DNA of 64,000 nt from Pseudogymnoascus verrucosus (lineage: Eukaryota): NCBI GenBank assembly GCA_001662655.1, contig KV460245.1; one strand, given 5' to 3'. The translations under genes and the position numbers were made by a program. Of the stretch, positions 1 through 11,231 are shown piece after piece. The notes beneath the pieces were generated by a model that was given only the letters and a program-made list of their open reading frames with translations, did not search any database and was not told the origin of the DNA. Every line of letters begins with the position of its first letter. Position 1 is the first letter of the stretch.

Positions 1-1724
1 GCATATTTCATGAGATTCGGGTAAGCCTTCGGAATGTTAGCCTCCGTCTGATGATGTGTAAATGTGAGTACTTACGGATTCTGGATCGAGCCTGCAGATA
101 TACTTCAAGGCCTCGCTATACTTCTTCGAATCCTCAATCAATATATCCACGACAATCTCATGCTCCCCATGCTTCGTAGCCAGGTATGCGGCTTGGTCAT
201 AATACCCGCCTTGGCGGCACATCGAGATCGCCGTGTCGAGATCAAACTTGAGATCCCCCGGCGACTTGATGAATTTCTCCAGCTTATCAATATCCTTCAG
301 CTTAGCGTAGCAATTCAACAACAACGTCGTATGATCCGCTGTAGCTTTATGATGCTCATGCAGCTCCTCCAGGTACTCAATCAGATTATGTATCCGCTGC
401 GAATCCAAGTACTTCCTAATGACCTGCGACGGCTCCGTGCTGTCAATAGCCTTAAGATACTGTTGCATCGCGCCATCATAATCCCCCTTCTGGTACAAAT
501 GCTCTCCATACTTCCTGAAGATAACATTCTGCTGCTGCGCATCCATCCCCGATTTCTGCGCCAGATTGATAGCGTAAATAAACAAATTCCGCTGATAAAA
601 GATCTCCAGCCTCTGCTCAAGCGTCTTCTCATGATACCTCAAAATCTTCCCCTCCAGCGTGAGCGCATACAGGTCGCCCCACAGATTCAACAGCGTCTGG
701 ATCTGACTAACCATACTCTCCGAATGCGCCACAATCTGCAGCTCCGTATCCAGCACCGTGAACGTACTCGTATTAAACAGCTCCTCCGCCTGACTCCCCC
801 CAAACCTTCTCAGCGTGCTCGATTTCGCATTCGATGTCGTGACTGGGGGGGTTATGATAGCCAAGTACTCCTCGTGGCACTGCACCAGGCTCTTGGGGCC
901 GTCATACGCAAAGCACGGCCCGCGCCCGTCAATGCCGTAGTAGTAAATCGCATCATCCCTCACCACAACCACGTCCCCATTTCTCTCATCCACCGTCATA
1001 CATCCCACCCCACACCCCGCATCCTCAATGGTCCTCGCCGGTTGCCCTTGTCCCTGCCCAGATATCACAAGTTTCAGCAACCGCGCAGTCGTACTAACAT
1101 ACAACGTCGTCAACCTCGCCACATCCCTGAATTCCACCCCCGTAACCGGCTCCTCGCTCTCAAAAACAGTCTTCTGCCTCGTCCCGCGATCATGTATCAA
1201 ATCCCCCCTCACCACCGTCACCGCCCCATTCGCAAACCCGACCGCGAGCTGACTTAAATCCCCCAGCGCCGCAAACGCACTGATCGGGAACGGCTTCCTT
1301 CCATTCTGGATACTGAGCGAGCTCGTGCACGTCGGGAACCCCGTCTTCTTCACCAGCTTGTCCAGTGCCCAGACTTTGAGAATTGGTTCTCGGGGCAGGT
1401 CCTCGGCGATCGTGACGAGCAGTGACGTCCCCTCAATCTGCCGCATATGCGTAATCACCCCGACATCATGCGCGCGCCAGGTCTTCTGGACGCGGAACCC
1501 GCGCGATAGGATCCGAACATCTCCATCGGGGGAGGCGAGGAAGAGGGAGTCGGAACCGGAGGTTATGGCGCTTATGGCGGATGCGGCGAAGATGGGGGTT
1601 TCGGGGTCGGGGGGGGTGAGCTGGGTGGCTTCGAAGAAGTCGAAGGTTTTCCACTGCCATGGGGGGTTAGATGGGGGGTGGGTGATTGGGGGGGGGAGGG
1701 AGGGCGTACGGAGGTTAAGGCCAT
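1..1724 (-). CDS. VPS11: Vacuolar protein sorting protein Vps11/Pep5 (CORVET/HOPS core), 5' part; runs off the window start
   Basis: ATG at 1724 (MALTS). Intron 1654-1709 (GTACGC..CTAAC..CAG), then WKTFDFF... Beta-propeller N-terminus followed by a clathrin-repeat-like region (YGEHLYQKGDYDGAMQQY, HTTLLLNCYAKLKD). Intron 27-75. Confidence 0.93.
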
Positions 1725-1961
1725 GGTGTTGGCATGTTGGGGGGGGGAGGTTGGAGTGGTGGTGGTGAGGTCGGAGCTATCAAGGTGGTGATAAGGGTGG
1801 CTGTGAGGCGAGGTTGAGCTATGGGGCGCTAGGCTGGATGGGGGAATATGCTAGGGACCAACCCCGCCGGGTTATCAAGTTGGAAACTGACGGTAAGACA
1901 AAGTAAACGTGATGACTATGCAGCTCAAAAGTTACGAGAGTGACTGTAAATACTAGTAATC

Positions 1962-2067
1962 TTCATAGTGACTATAATTAAAATACGGGCTTTCAATCAC
2001 TCAGTTACAATACATCTGAGCAGTGTTCATAGCGACTATAATGACAATACGAGCGTCCAGTCACTCA
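1962..2067. repeat. Imperfect direct repeat, about 42-bp core, period 64 bp
   Basis: TTCATAGTGACTATAATTAAAATACGGGCTTTCAATCACTCA (1962-2003) versus TTCATAGCGACTATAATGACAATACGAGCGTCCAGTCACTCA (2026-2067). Confidence 0.75.
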
Positions 2068-2268
2068 AAGTAAACGATACAGCTAATTTCGATGTTATCA
2101 ACATTATAAAACTATAAACCTATTCTGTCCAAGGGAAGCAACAAGCAAAACGATAGTGGATATCCCCCCCAAACCCCCGCAAACCGTCTATAAAAACCCA
2201 GCTCTCAACAAATGAAAAAAGGCAGACAGGCAGTAATACTGTACAAAAGAAACCCTCACATCACCCCC

Positions 2269-4063
2269 CTACTTCGCAGCAACAGTAACAACTTGTCCCT
2301 TCCCCGCACCATTCACCACCACACTCTCCGCTGCCGCTGGCCCCGCCTTCCCCCCAAGCCTCCCAACCTGCCACTCCGGCAGCTCAACCCCCGTCTGCTC
2401 CTTAATCGTCGTCATCAGCGGCGGCAGCATCTGGTACACATTCCTAATACTCGCTCCCGCATCCGCGCCTCCCTCTCCGCCCTCACCGGTGCCAGCTTGG
2501 TTACCCGTGTTCCAGACTGTGACCTTGGGGTTGAGGTTCTGGACAGCTTGCGCGTTGGCGCGTGCCAGCTCGCCGTAGACGCCCTTCTCGAGCATGAGGT
2601 ATTGGACGAGGCCGGCGGGTCCACCGAAGGCGTCGCTCATGGCGGCGTAGGCGCCGGCCATGGCAGTCAAACCCTCTGCCTCAGCCACACGGGCAATCTT
2701 ACCCGCCTCAGCAGCGCGAGTAGCTTTGATGTAAGCTGCCTCCGCGGCGACCTTGACGCGGTAGGCCTCGGCATCTGCCTTCTTCGCCTCAGCCAAGAAG
2801 CTCGACTCAGCGATGACCTTGAGCTTGTATGCCTCCGCCTCCGCCTTCTTGGAATCAGCAACGTATGTCGCCTCCGCGGCGCGGGTGACGCGGAATTTAT
2901 CAGCGTCGGCCTTAGCTTGCGTCTCGAATGCCTTTGCCTGGGCAGTCTGCTTCTCGCGGTCGGCGTCCGCGGTGGTCTTCGTCTGCGTCTCGTATGCGCG
3001 CGCCTCAGCCGCCTTTTGCGCGAGGAAGAAATCCGCAGAAGCTTTAGTTTGAGTCTCGTACGCGCGCGCGTCTGAAGCTTGCTGCTGGGATTCTCTCAGG
3101 ATAGTAGCTTTCACGACATCCGAAGCACGGAGACGTTCAATCTCAGTCGCGGCGCGGAGGGACTCGACGTCCTTGCGGAGCTGCTCGTCCTTTACCTCGA
3201 CAGCACGACTGGCTTCGATCTTGGCGATGTTTACGTCGCGATCAAACGCCGCTTTGCGGGTAGCGAGGAGCGCCTCAGCTTGCGATTTCTCAGTGTCTCG
3301 CTCGGTCTTCTGGACCGCAGTCTCGGCGTGAATCTTTGCAATCTCGCGGTTCTGGCGACCTTGCCTCTCGGCCTCTCCTACGTTACCGTGCCATTGCGCC
3401 TCAGCGACGTCGACACGAGCTTGGTTGGATGCGCCTTCATGTGCTTTGCGGGAGAGGGAGGCGAAGTAGTTGGAGTTGGGAGCATCGGTAAGCTCCTTGA
3501 CGTTGGCGTTGTAGATCTTCAGTCCGAATTGATCGAGCTCAGATTGAATGTTGTGGTAAATGCGTTTCTTGAATTGCTCGCGCTCGGTGAAGATTTCTTC
3601 CATGGTCATGGAACTGACGAGGACACGGGTCTCGCCCTCGATGATGCCCTTGACGATACTCTCGATGTGGGCATGGCCACCGGTGGTGGCGGCGCCCGCG
3701 AGGAGCATGGAGTACTTCATTAGGGCATCGCCGCGGTCCTCGCGGTCCTCGGCGCTGGCTTCGCCGTGAACGATGGCGTTGTCGCCGCGCTGGTTGAGGT
3801 CCGGGCCGACGGTGAAGACGACGGGGAGCTCGAATTGGAGCTTCTCTTTGGTCATGGCGCGGAGGTTCATAGGGTAATCCCTAGGCTGGATGGTGAAGCG
3901 CATGCACTGTGAAATGTTAGAATGTGATAGTTTTGAGGGTTGTGGTGAGACTCACTTTCTGCATAGGCCAGATGAAGCCCTTCTTGGCGATCTTGACGGT
4001 GCGGACACCCGCACCGGTGATGGCCAGGTACTCATCTGGCTGGGCAATGGTGTAGAAAACCAT
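2269..4063 (-). CDS. Flotillin-like SPFH-domain protein
   Basis: ATG at 4063 (MVFYTIAQPDEYLAITGAG), intron 3907-3955. SPFH motifs (LPVVFTVGP, GIIEGETRVL, GLKIYNANVKEL), an Ala/Glu-rich coiled coil and a flotillin C-terminus (PKVTVWNTG, LPPLMTTI). Confidence 0.92.
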
Positions 4064-6649
4064 CGTTGCGATTGTGATAGATCGATGTGAGAGTGATGTG
4101 GGATTGATGTGGTGTTAGAGGTTTAGTTAGTATAGTATCAGGGAGTCGAGTGATAAACGTATGAGCAGTTGAGCGACAAGAGTGTGTCGACGAGTTTAAA
4201 CACAGGAATCGAATAGAATCGAATGAAGCCTGGAGAATAAAGAAAAAGAAGAATGGGTAGGAGGTGAATGGTCCCTTTATATATACATATACTGGAATGA
4301 ATGTGACGTGAAGAGGGGGTATGAATGAATGGGCAGCCATAGGATGGGCTTGCATGGACTCACACTACTTGGCAACCACCATCTCGACAGCCGATACCGA
4401 CAAATGCAGCCCTCCAGCACAGCCAACAAGGTTGCAACATAACGGTACTCCTCTCAGTCCAGTCCGCCGGCCTGCTACTCCTAATTCGGTATCGTTCGTA
4501 GTACTCCAGTTTGAGAGAATTAGTTAGGAGAGTTAGTTAATTAGCCTTGGCTCTTGGTACGTACAGCACTAGAGTACAGCGCTAGAAGCAGCTGAGTGCC
4601 TTCTAGCGGATATGGGGGAATTATGGGGCCATGGGGGCCATGGGGCAATGAGGCAATGGGGGATAGTACGGCGGGATTGATGGTACGGGAATGGGCACGG
4701 TGAGAAAGGGAGGTGAGACGTGGAGACGTGGGAGCCGGTGATTGATTGAGTGGGAGCAAGCAGGAGATGTGCATGCAATAACAAACTGTGTGGAGACGAT
4801 CGGAGGGCAGATCTGAGGGGAGGAAGGAAGGAGCCATTGAGATGGCGAGACACAAGGCTACCTCGTTAGGCTCCAAGCTCAGCCTCAGCCTCATTCGGGA
4901 AGTCAAACAGTAAACAGTAACAGTCAAACAAACGGTGAGACTGAGACTGACACTGGCAGTGTTTGACGCCAATATCATACTGTATGGCCTGTCAAACGGT
5001 AAATATGTCCTGATGCAGGAGTTTCGTATTATCGCATCCCATGGTATCAAGTAGTAGCAAGTAGCAGAGAGAGTAAATAGCAGAGTAAGGAGTAGAGTAA
5101 ATAGCACAGTACTAGCAGAGTAAGTACCCTCCCATACCCAACGACAGCGATAATACCTCCCCCTACCATTTGAGCATCTATCTGAGGCCTTTGATCCCCC
5201 TTTGTTGGCCATTGTTAGCTAAGTCGGCAAAGTCGGCATGATTCCAAGCACTCCAAGCCAAAATCTGACATTCAATCCCACCCCACAAGTGACCCCATAA
5301 CATTGCTAACATTGGGCTGCCATCCCCTTCACCCAATCACACTCCCGCATCACTAGACGTTGACAAGCCCCCCCCCACATTATCGGCCAGCCTAACATCC
5401 ACTTCCGCACTAGCTCCCTCCAGGCTGCCATTTACTGTACCAACTAACTAACACAGCACCGCCTCCCCGTGCTCCGCCTCAGCCTCGTCGCTGCAACGAC
5501 CCTCATACGATACGAGCGGGCACATCATCGCGCTACTGAAGAGTGGTCGTGAGGCTTTTTGGCCGGCTCTGAGGCTTTTACAGTACACTTACTCGTTGTA
5601 CGTTCGTGGGAGATGGAAATATCAGCATCAATAAAGGGGTTTCTCCAATCCAGCCATATGCATGCCAATTAAACCTCCAAAATCCCTCTACACGTGCATC
5701 ACATCGCATCCATCCCTCCTAGCAACTCGGTTCAGACGGAACGTTAGACACTCACCTTACCTGACCACTCGCTGAGCCTCCAAGGAACGCCTAGCCCGTA
5801 ACCTTCTCGTCCTGTCTCTGGACCCCACGCACCACTCTTCCTTCTCCTCTCCTACTCACTACCCACCACCCATCGCTTCGCCTTGGCTTGCCGCTCACCC
5901 CTCCGCTTCTGCCCGCTGATCGCCGCCTCGCCTAGGCGCTTATAGGATTCCCCTGCTGTTGCTGTGCCGCTGCTCGCTGTGCTGTGCCGCCTTTCCGTGC
6001 CAGCCTGACCACCATCTGTCTTCCTCCCTCCACTCCCCATTCCCCGCTTAGAGATAACAGTTCTCCGCGGCTGGTCTGGTCGTTCTATCAACCACCCATC
6101 GTGCGTTTGTTCTCCGCGACAAGTGGTGCCATCGATTGAAAGAGAGCCTTGTGTCCGACGCTAGTTAGCGGGTATTGAATCTCATCGCCTCAGAGAGGGT
6201 GCATGTGATCAGTGTACGTCAGGACGAGATAAAGTTGGAGTAAGACGCTAAGCGCGGTGCACTTTTGGCACGTTGAAACGAGATATCATTCTTGAGGTCT
6301 AAAGACCGAAGACCGAAGACTGAGGGGCTGTGAGTTTTTAGGCCGACGTTGGGGGATTCACTGACGCTAGAGATTGATTCTCACCTTTCTTGCAACTCTG
6401 GTTCAGTCCGGCCATCAGACGCATCATCATCGTCGTTAAACATCATAACCCATTACTTCTCAGAATCTCTGAGTCACATCTCTATTCACTAGACCTCAGA
6501 TCACCCTCCATTACCACAGAACCTCAGAATCTCAAACCACCTCTCCATTACCACAGAACCTCACATCACCTCACATCACCTCACCGTCACCTCTATCATC
6601 CATCACCCGCCCATCCACCACCACCACCACCACCACCACCACCCAAAAA

Positions 6650-7270
6650 ATGAGCGACTCCAAATCCCTTCCCCCAGATTTCCCCACCGACCCCTCCTCC
6701 CCCTCCGACCTCCCCCCCCCCGCCTACACCTCCATCTACGACTCCTCCCCTCCTCCCTCCGACACCAAACAATCCCCCTCTAACCCGCTCACCAACCTCC
6801 GCACCCGCATCGCCGCCAACCGCGCCTCCTCCTCCGATCCTGCTGCAGTCTTGCACCGACGGCTGGTCACGCACATGGCCTCGCGGACTGAGATGTTTTT
6901 GGCCGATTACGGGAGTACGGGGTTTACGGCTGCGAAGCTGAGTTTCTGCGCAAACGGCCACGTCTCACCTACCTCCTCCGAAGTTTTGACAGGCACAGCT
7001 GCGGAGGATGCAGAGAAGGAGTTTATTGAATTCGACGTCCTGGAAAGTGACCACTTCTGGGACGACCAGGACGCAGCGAATGGGCTGGCAAAGGGGTTAG
7101 AGAGGGCGTTGGAGGAGAAATTGGGATTGAAGGGGATGAGAGGGGAGGGGGTGGATGTGAGTGTGAAGGAGGAGCAGGGGGGGTGGAGGAGGGAGAATGT
7201 GTTTGGGGTTTGGGAGACGGGGACGGGGTGGGGGGTTGTGGTTAGGGTGAGGGTTGATGTTGGGGAGTAA
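6650..7270 (+). CDS. Hypothetical protein, 206 aa, N-terminal PPAY (PPxY) motif
   Basis: Intronless ORF with AAAATG start context and a coding-like C-rich to G-rich gradient. C-terminal WRRENVFGVWET beta-rich segment. No family recognised. Confidence 0.65.
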   Translation: MSDSKSLPPDFPTDPSSPSDLPPPAYTSIYDSSPPPSDTKQSPSNPLTNLRTRIAANRASSSDPAAVLHRRLVTHMASRTEMFLADYGSTGFTAAKLSFCANGHVSPTSSEVLTGTAAEDAEKEFIEFDVLESDHFWDDQDAANGLAKGLERALEEKLGLKGMRGEGVDVSVKEEQGGWRRENVFGVWETGTGWGVVVRVRVDVGE

Positions 7271-7439
7271 ATAGGGTGAAGTGCTAGGTTTTGTCTCTTT
7301 GCTAGGTGTTGTTGGTTGCGGAGAGTTGGTAGTTGGGATTTTCTTGCACATAATGAATTAAAGACATGTTATAAACTCCCCATAGTGTAAACTTTAATCT
7401 CGTACTCTCGAAAACCAATCCCCCCATCTCCCAATCCCC

Positions 7440-7918
7440 TCATCTGGAGCGGACACACACCATCCCTCCTTCTCCCCCCCCCACCAACACACATCCCAAC
7501 CTATATCTCAACGCCCTACACCTCGCCTCACTCTCCCAATACCCAGCCACAAGCTCCCAATACTCCGCAGCGACCTTCCAGCTGGTGTTCGTCCCGAGCT
7601 GGGATTCGAGCTTCGAATGAAAGACCTTGAGCTTCAAATAGGCGGCCTCGACTCGCGAGTATGCTTCTAGGAGGGAGGGAGGCGCCGTGGGTCCGAGAGC
7701 GGCGAGGGCGGGGGATAAGGGGGATAAGGGGTCCGCGGTGGGTGTGGCTGGGAGGGTGGAGAGTTGGAGGGCGAGGGCGGCAGATGTGGGGTCTGCTGTG
7801 GGTGCGGCTGGGAGGCCGGGGGGCGCTGGGGGTGGGGGTGGTCGGAGGGGGAGGGCGGGGTGGGAGGTTGTTGGTTTTGCGTGGTTGGGGGGAGGGGGGG
7901 GCTGGTGATGTTGGTCAT
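7440..7918 (-). pseudogene. Array member 1: polyproline/helical protein interrupted by a 1-nt frameshift in a G8 run (or an assembly error)
   Basis: ATG 7918 in the same ACCAGCACCAATGACC context as the paralogues. Adding one base in the run at 7894-7901 gives MTNITSPPPPPNHAK...TADPTSAALAL...LLEAYSRVEAAYLKLKVFHSKLESQL..., open to the stop at 7440. Confidence 0.6.
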
Positions 7919-8088
7919 TGGTGCTGGTGGTGCTGGTGGTGGTGTTGATGTTGATGTTTGATATTGATATTGATATTGATATTGAGGAGGCGTATATTAG
8001 ATCTGGTACTGTGATGTTCGGGAAACTTGTGTTGGGAGATTTTGGGGGGTTGGCGGCTCTTTTTTTATAATCCGGGGGGGGGAGGGAG

Positions 8089-8102
8089 TCGTATGGTTAT
8101 TT
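8089..8102 (-). promoter_or_regulatory. Array upstream element copy 1 (AAATAACCATACGA on minus strand)
   Basis: One mismatch to the consensus AAATAAACRTACGA; TATA-like TTATAAAA about 20 bp downstream at ~8063-8070. Confidence 0.6.
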
Positions 8103-8449
8103 AGGGGGTGGGAATGGGGTGAGTGTGAGTGTGGTTCTTCATCTTGTGCGCTATACTTATTAGTAGTATGGAGGGGGACAGGTGATATATCTATCATCAA
8201 TCAGCCCATGAATTTATTTAGTTTTGAAAAATTAGTGATGTATAGTAGTATCACTTATCCTTCTTCCGACTATGGCATCGACATATTGTTAGCTAGCTTT
8301 CTTACATACAATTCAATAAATGCACATTCTAAACTCCTAAATCCAAACTAAATCCAAACTCCCACATCCAACTTCCCAACCGCAACCACCCATTCACCAC
8401 CGCATCCTCTACCCCGTCCCCTCATATCCACCAGCTTATTCACCAGCCG

Positions 8450-9097
8450 TTATGTCGCGATTCTTTCGTCGCAGTAGAGGAGGTTTGACATTTGGCACAG
8501 CTCGAGCCTTGGCATCCAGCCCCTAGTTTCTGAAACCCAGACTCTCATTTCCAGGCTTTGATCACCGTCGTCAATCGTCGAGTACTGTGATTCGAGCATC
8601 GTCCGTTTCCGCTCAAGCCGCAGGTCTTTCCTACAAAGCCTCAGATATTTTTTCTCACGCTTGACGTCTTTTTTACTAATTTTGAAGGCCCTTTTATCAA
8701 GCTTCAAATACCCCTTATTAAGCTGCATGTATTCCTTCTCGCGATTTAGGTACACTTCTAACAGCTTTAAGTATTCGTCTTTGAGATGAAGGTATTCGTC
8801 TCTGTGCTGCGAATGCGCTTCCAGGAGCTGTAGGTATTGCTCTGTGCGCTGTTGATAGAGTTCGTCGCTCTGGGAGTGCAGTCCCCCCTCCATCATCTGC
8901 GAGCGGAGCGACGTAAGCCCTAAGCGGAGCGATGAGAGATGCTGGTCTTTTTCCGAGATCTGCGAGTCTAGTTTCGAGAGCGAGTCTGAGAGTGAGGTGG
9001 GCGCTGGGGCTCTAGGGGCGGGGAGTGCCGGGGGTGCGGGTTGCGGGGGAGGAGGGGGGATGGTGGTCATGATGGTGAAGTTGATGTTGAGGCGCAT
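8450..9097 (-). CDS. Array member 2: polyproline N-terminus plus heptad coiled-coil protein (ATG 9097 or 9070)
   Basis: MTTIPPPPPQ start; heptads EQYLQLL/DEYLHLK/DEYLKLL/EVYLNRE/KEYMQLN/KGYLKLD. Confidence 0.7.
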   Translation of the reverse strand: MRLNINFTIMTTIPPPPPQPAPPALPAPRAPAPTSLSDSLSKLDSQISEKDQHLSSLRLGLTSLRSQMMEGGLHSQSDELYQQRTEQYLQLLEAHSQHRDEYLHLKDEYLKLLEVYLNREKEYMQLNKGYLKLDKRAFKISKKDVKREKKYLRLCRKDLRLERKRTMLESQYSTIDDGDQSLEMRVWVSETRGWMPRLELCQMSNLLYCDERIAT

Positions 9098-9185
9098 ATT
9101 GGCTGGTGTTTGTACTGATATTTGGGAGAGATTTGTGTATATTATGGGGGGGTTGGTCTTTATTTCTATAATGTGGGGAGGGGGG

Positions 9186-9199
9186 TCGTATGTTTATTT
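9186..9199 (-). promoter_or_regulatory. Array upstream element copy 2 (AAATAAACATACGA)
   Basis: Exact consensus, upstream of a TATA-like TTATAGAAA. Confidence 0.65.
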
Positions 9200-9375
9200 C
9201 AATGGGGTGATAATATGGTGTGTGGTGGTGCGGAGGGGTGTGATTGGTTTATCATCGGCTCATAGATTCATTTAGGTTTGAGAATAACGGTTGATAGTAT
9301 TATTACTTGGCCTTCTTCTTGGTATTGTTTTAAAAGCTGTGGCCTTGAAATAATTAGTTTCTTGTATAATATGGT

Positions 9376-9933
9376 TCAATCAATAGGAGCATTCTCGTTG
9401 CGTTGGTCATATTTCATCCTGCGCTGCTCTAATTGGATATTTCGTTGCTCGTACTTCACCCTGCTCTGATCATATGGCAACTTGCGTTGGCCATACAGCA
9501 CCTTACGCAGCTCGTAACTTTCCACCCGCTTCCGCTGTAGTTCGTGCATCCGCGCATGCACTTCCTTGAGCTGCGAATGCAGCCCCCGAAGCCGCTCGTT
9601 CTTAGCGTAGTCCGGTTCCTGAAAGCACGACCGCAGTGACTCGAGATGCGAGTAGAGGGAGTCGATATGCGTTTTTTGTTCTGATAGCTCGAGGCGCGTT
9701 TCCTCAAGCTGCCAGCATTGTTCGTTGATCTGTAGGCGGGTTTCGTCGAGCTGGAGGCGGGTTTCCTGGAGCTGGAAGCGGGTTTTCTCAATCTGGGCAT
9801 GTTCCTCCTGGAATAGTGAGCATTCTTCCGAGAGTGAGGTGGCCGCTGAGGTTTCGAAGGCGGGAGCGTTGGTGGGGTCAGGAGCGGCGGAGGTGGCTTC
9901 CCCGTATGGTGGAGGAGGTGTAGTGCTGGTCAT
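9376..9933 (-). CDS. Array member 3: PPxY plus coiled-coil protein, 185 aa
   Basis: MTSTTPPPPY start; 21-nt/7-aa repeats EKTRFQL QETRLQL DETRLQI NEQCWQL EETRLEL. Confidence 0.75.
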   Translation of the reverse strand: MTSTTPPPPYGEATSAAPDPTNAPAFETSAATSLSEECSLFQEEHAQIEKTRFQLQETRLQLDETRLQINEQCWQLEETRLELSEQKTHIDSLYSHLESLRSCFQEPDYAKNERLRGLHSQLKEVHARMHELQRKRVESYELRKVLYGQRKLPYDQSRVKYEQRNIQLEQRRMKYDQRNENAPID

Positions 9934-10026
9934 TGGTACTGGTATTGATACTGATATTCAAGAAACTTGTGTTATACTTTGTGGGGGAATTATCGCCTAC
10001 CTTTATAATCCGGGGGAAAACTTTAA

Positions 10027-10040
10027 TCGTATGTTTATTT
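10027..10040 (-). promoter_or_regulatory. Array upstream element copy 3 (AAATAAACATACGA)
   Basis: Exact consensus; TTATAAA at ~10002-10008. Confidence 0.65.
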
Positions 10041-10168
10041 AAAGGGGCGGATGATGGTACGTTTGGAGGCATGTGACAGATTTACTATTAGCTTTATAAA
10101 GCTATTTACTTTCTAAAAAATAGCGGCAAGCATTAGTATCACTTAGTTGGCCTTATTCCGGCATTATT

Positions 10169-10579
10169 TTAACCCCCAAGGCATAGACATATTATTAGCT
10201 GCTCAGACTTGAAATAGTCGGCTCCTCCTGCACATAATAAATAAAACCCCACCGCAAACACTATCACCCACCCCCCATTAAGAACCGACATCACCCCAAG
10301 CGCAATCAAGATACACACCACAACAGCCCACCACCTCACTCCCTCCGCCGCCTCCCTCGTCTCACCTACCAGCCCCTCCAGTTTCTTCCCCTGTGCTTGC
10401 ATTTTCTCCATCTGGTCTCCTAATCGCTTTTCCATACCGCTTAGTCGAGTAGTAGTCTGCCTATGCATCTCTGCTACTGCAACTGTGAGAGCTGATACCC
10501 GCTCTTCGAGAGTCCGTGGTACTGCAGGCAACTGAGCGGCTCTGTGAGCGTCGTAGGGTGGTGGAGGGGGGATAGCCAT
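10169..10579 (-). CDS. Array member 4: PPxY plus short coiled coil plus C-terminal transmembrane segment(s), 136 aa
   Basis: MAIPPPPPY start; RLSGMEKRLGDQMEKMQAQ coil; hydrophobic WWAVVVCILIALGVMSVL and WVIVFAVGFYLL. Confidence 0.7.
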   Translation of the reverse strand: MAIPPPPPYDAHRAAQLPAVPRTLEERVSALTVAVAEMHRQTTTRLSGMEKRLGDQMEKMQAQGKKLEGLVGETREAAEGVRWWAVVVCILIALGVMSVLNGGWVIVFAVGFYLLCAGGADYFKSEQLIICLCLGG

Positions 10580-10874
10580 GGGTTCTGGTGCTGTGTGTGG
10601 CGCGCCGCTGAGGCTGTTTGTGTTGGAGATGGCGAGGTGGTTTGGTAACTGGGAATGGGAATGTTAATGTGGGTTTAGATGTGTGCGTAGTATTTGAGGC
10701 CGTTTTTTGTGGTGATCGGGTAGTGGGAGAAAAAGCGTGGTTGTGAGTGGGAAGAGTAGGAGTGGGATTTGAGACCATTAGTGGTAGTGCTGATAACTGG
10801 TATTTCTAGAAATTTTTGGCCTATAGATCGTGGGTGGGGTGACTGTTCTTTGAAGATTCGGATGATTCGAGGAA

Positions 10875-10888
10875 TGATACGTTTATTT
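10875..10888 (-). promoter_or_regulatory. Array upstream element copy 4 (AAATAAACGTATCA)
   Basis: Core AAATAAACGTA conserved. The flank (GGGGTCCTCGT about 35-40 bp away) is shared with copy 6. Confidence 0.55.
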
Positions 10889-10960
10889 GAGGGAATGGGG
10901 ATATTTTTTTGTGAAGCCGTAGGGGTCCTCGTTTTCATTAGAATGAGAATGTGGTAAATT

Positions 10961-11110
10961 TTAGAACGAAACTAGCAGAATCGGAACACTCCCACTTTCG
11001 CCCCATCTCCTCCCTTCCCTGGCCACTCTCTTTCCCTCCTCTGCTGCGTCATGTATCCGTCGCCCGTGAGCTTTCATATCCTCCATCCCATATTTCCGAG
11101 CATTGTCCAT
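10961..11110 (-). pseudogene. Relic of an array member (C-terminal half resembling the 10169-10579 protein)
   Basis: *TEKLHTMDNARKYGMEDMKAHGRRIHDAAEEGKRVAREGRRW aligns by eye with TTRLSGMEKRLGDQMEKMQAQGKKLEGLVGETREAAEGVRW. In-frame stop just upstream; no PPxY start. Confidence 0.4.
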
Positions 11111-11231
11111 AGTATGTAGCTTCTCCGTTTACGAGAACAGATACTTGGTTTAGTCGACCTGGATACGCCATTTTTGCGACCAAGCGCTGCTATACACATC
11201 ATTGTTCTTCTTAATCACAGACCTTGAATTC

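Noticed and set aside
64..3723. Long plus-strand ORFs (64-1257, 2212-3075, 3079-3723)
   Set aside because: Antisense shadows of VPS11 and flotillin caused by codon bias.
4541..6091. ORFs 4541-5212 and 5852-6091 in the long flotillin upstream region
   Set aside because: Low-complexity translations of short repeats with no recognisable domain; more likely promoter DNA.
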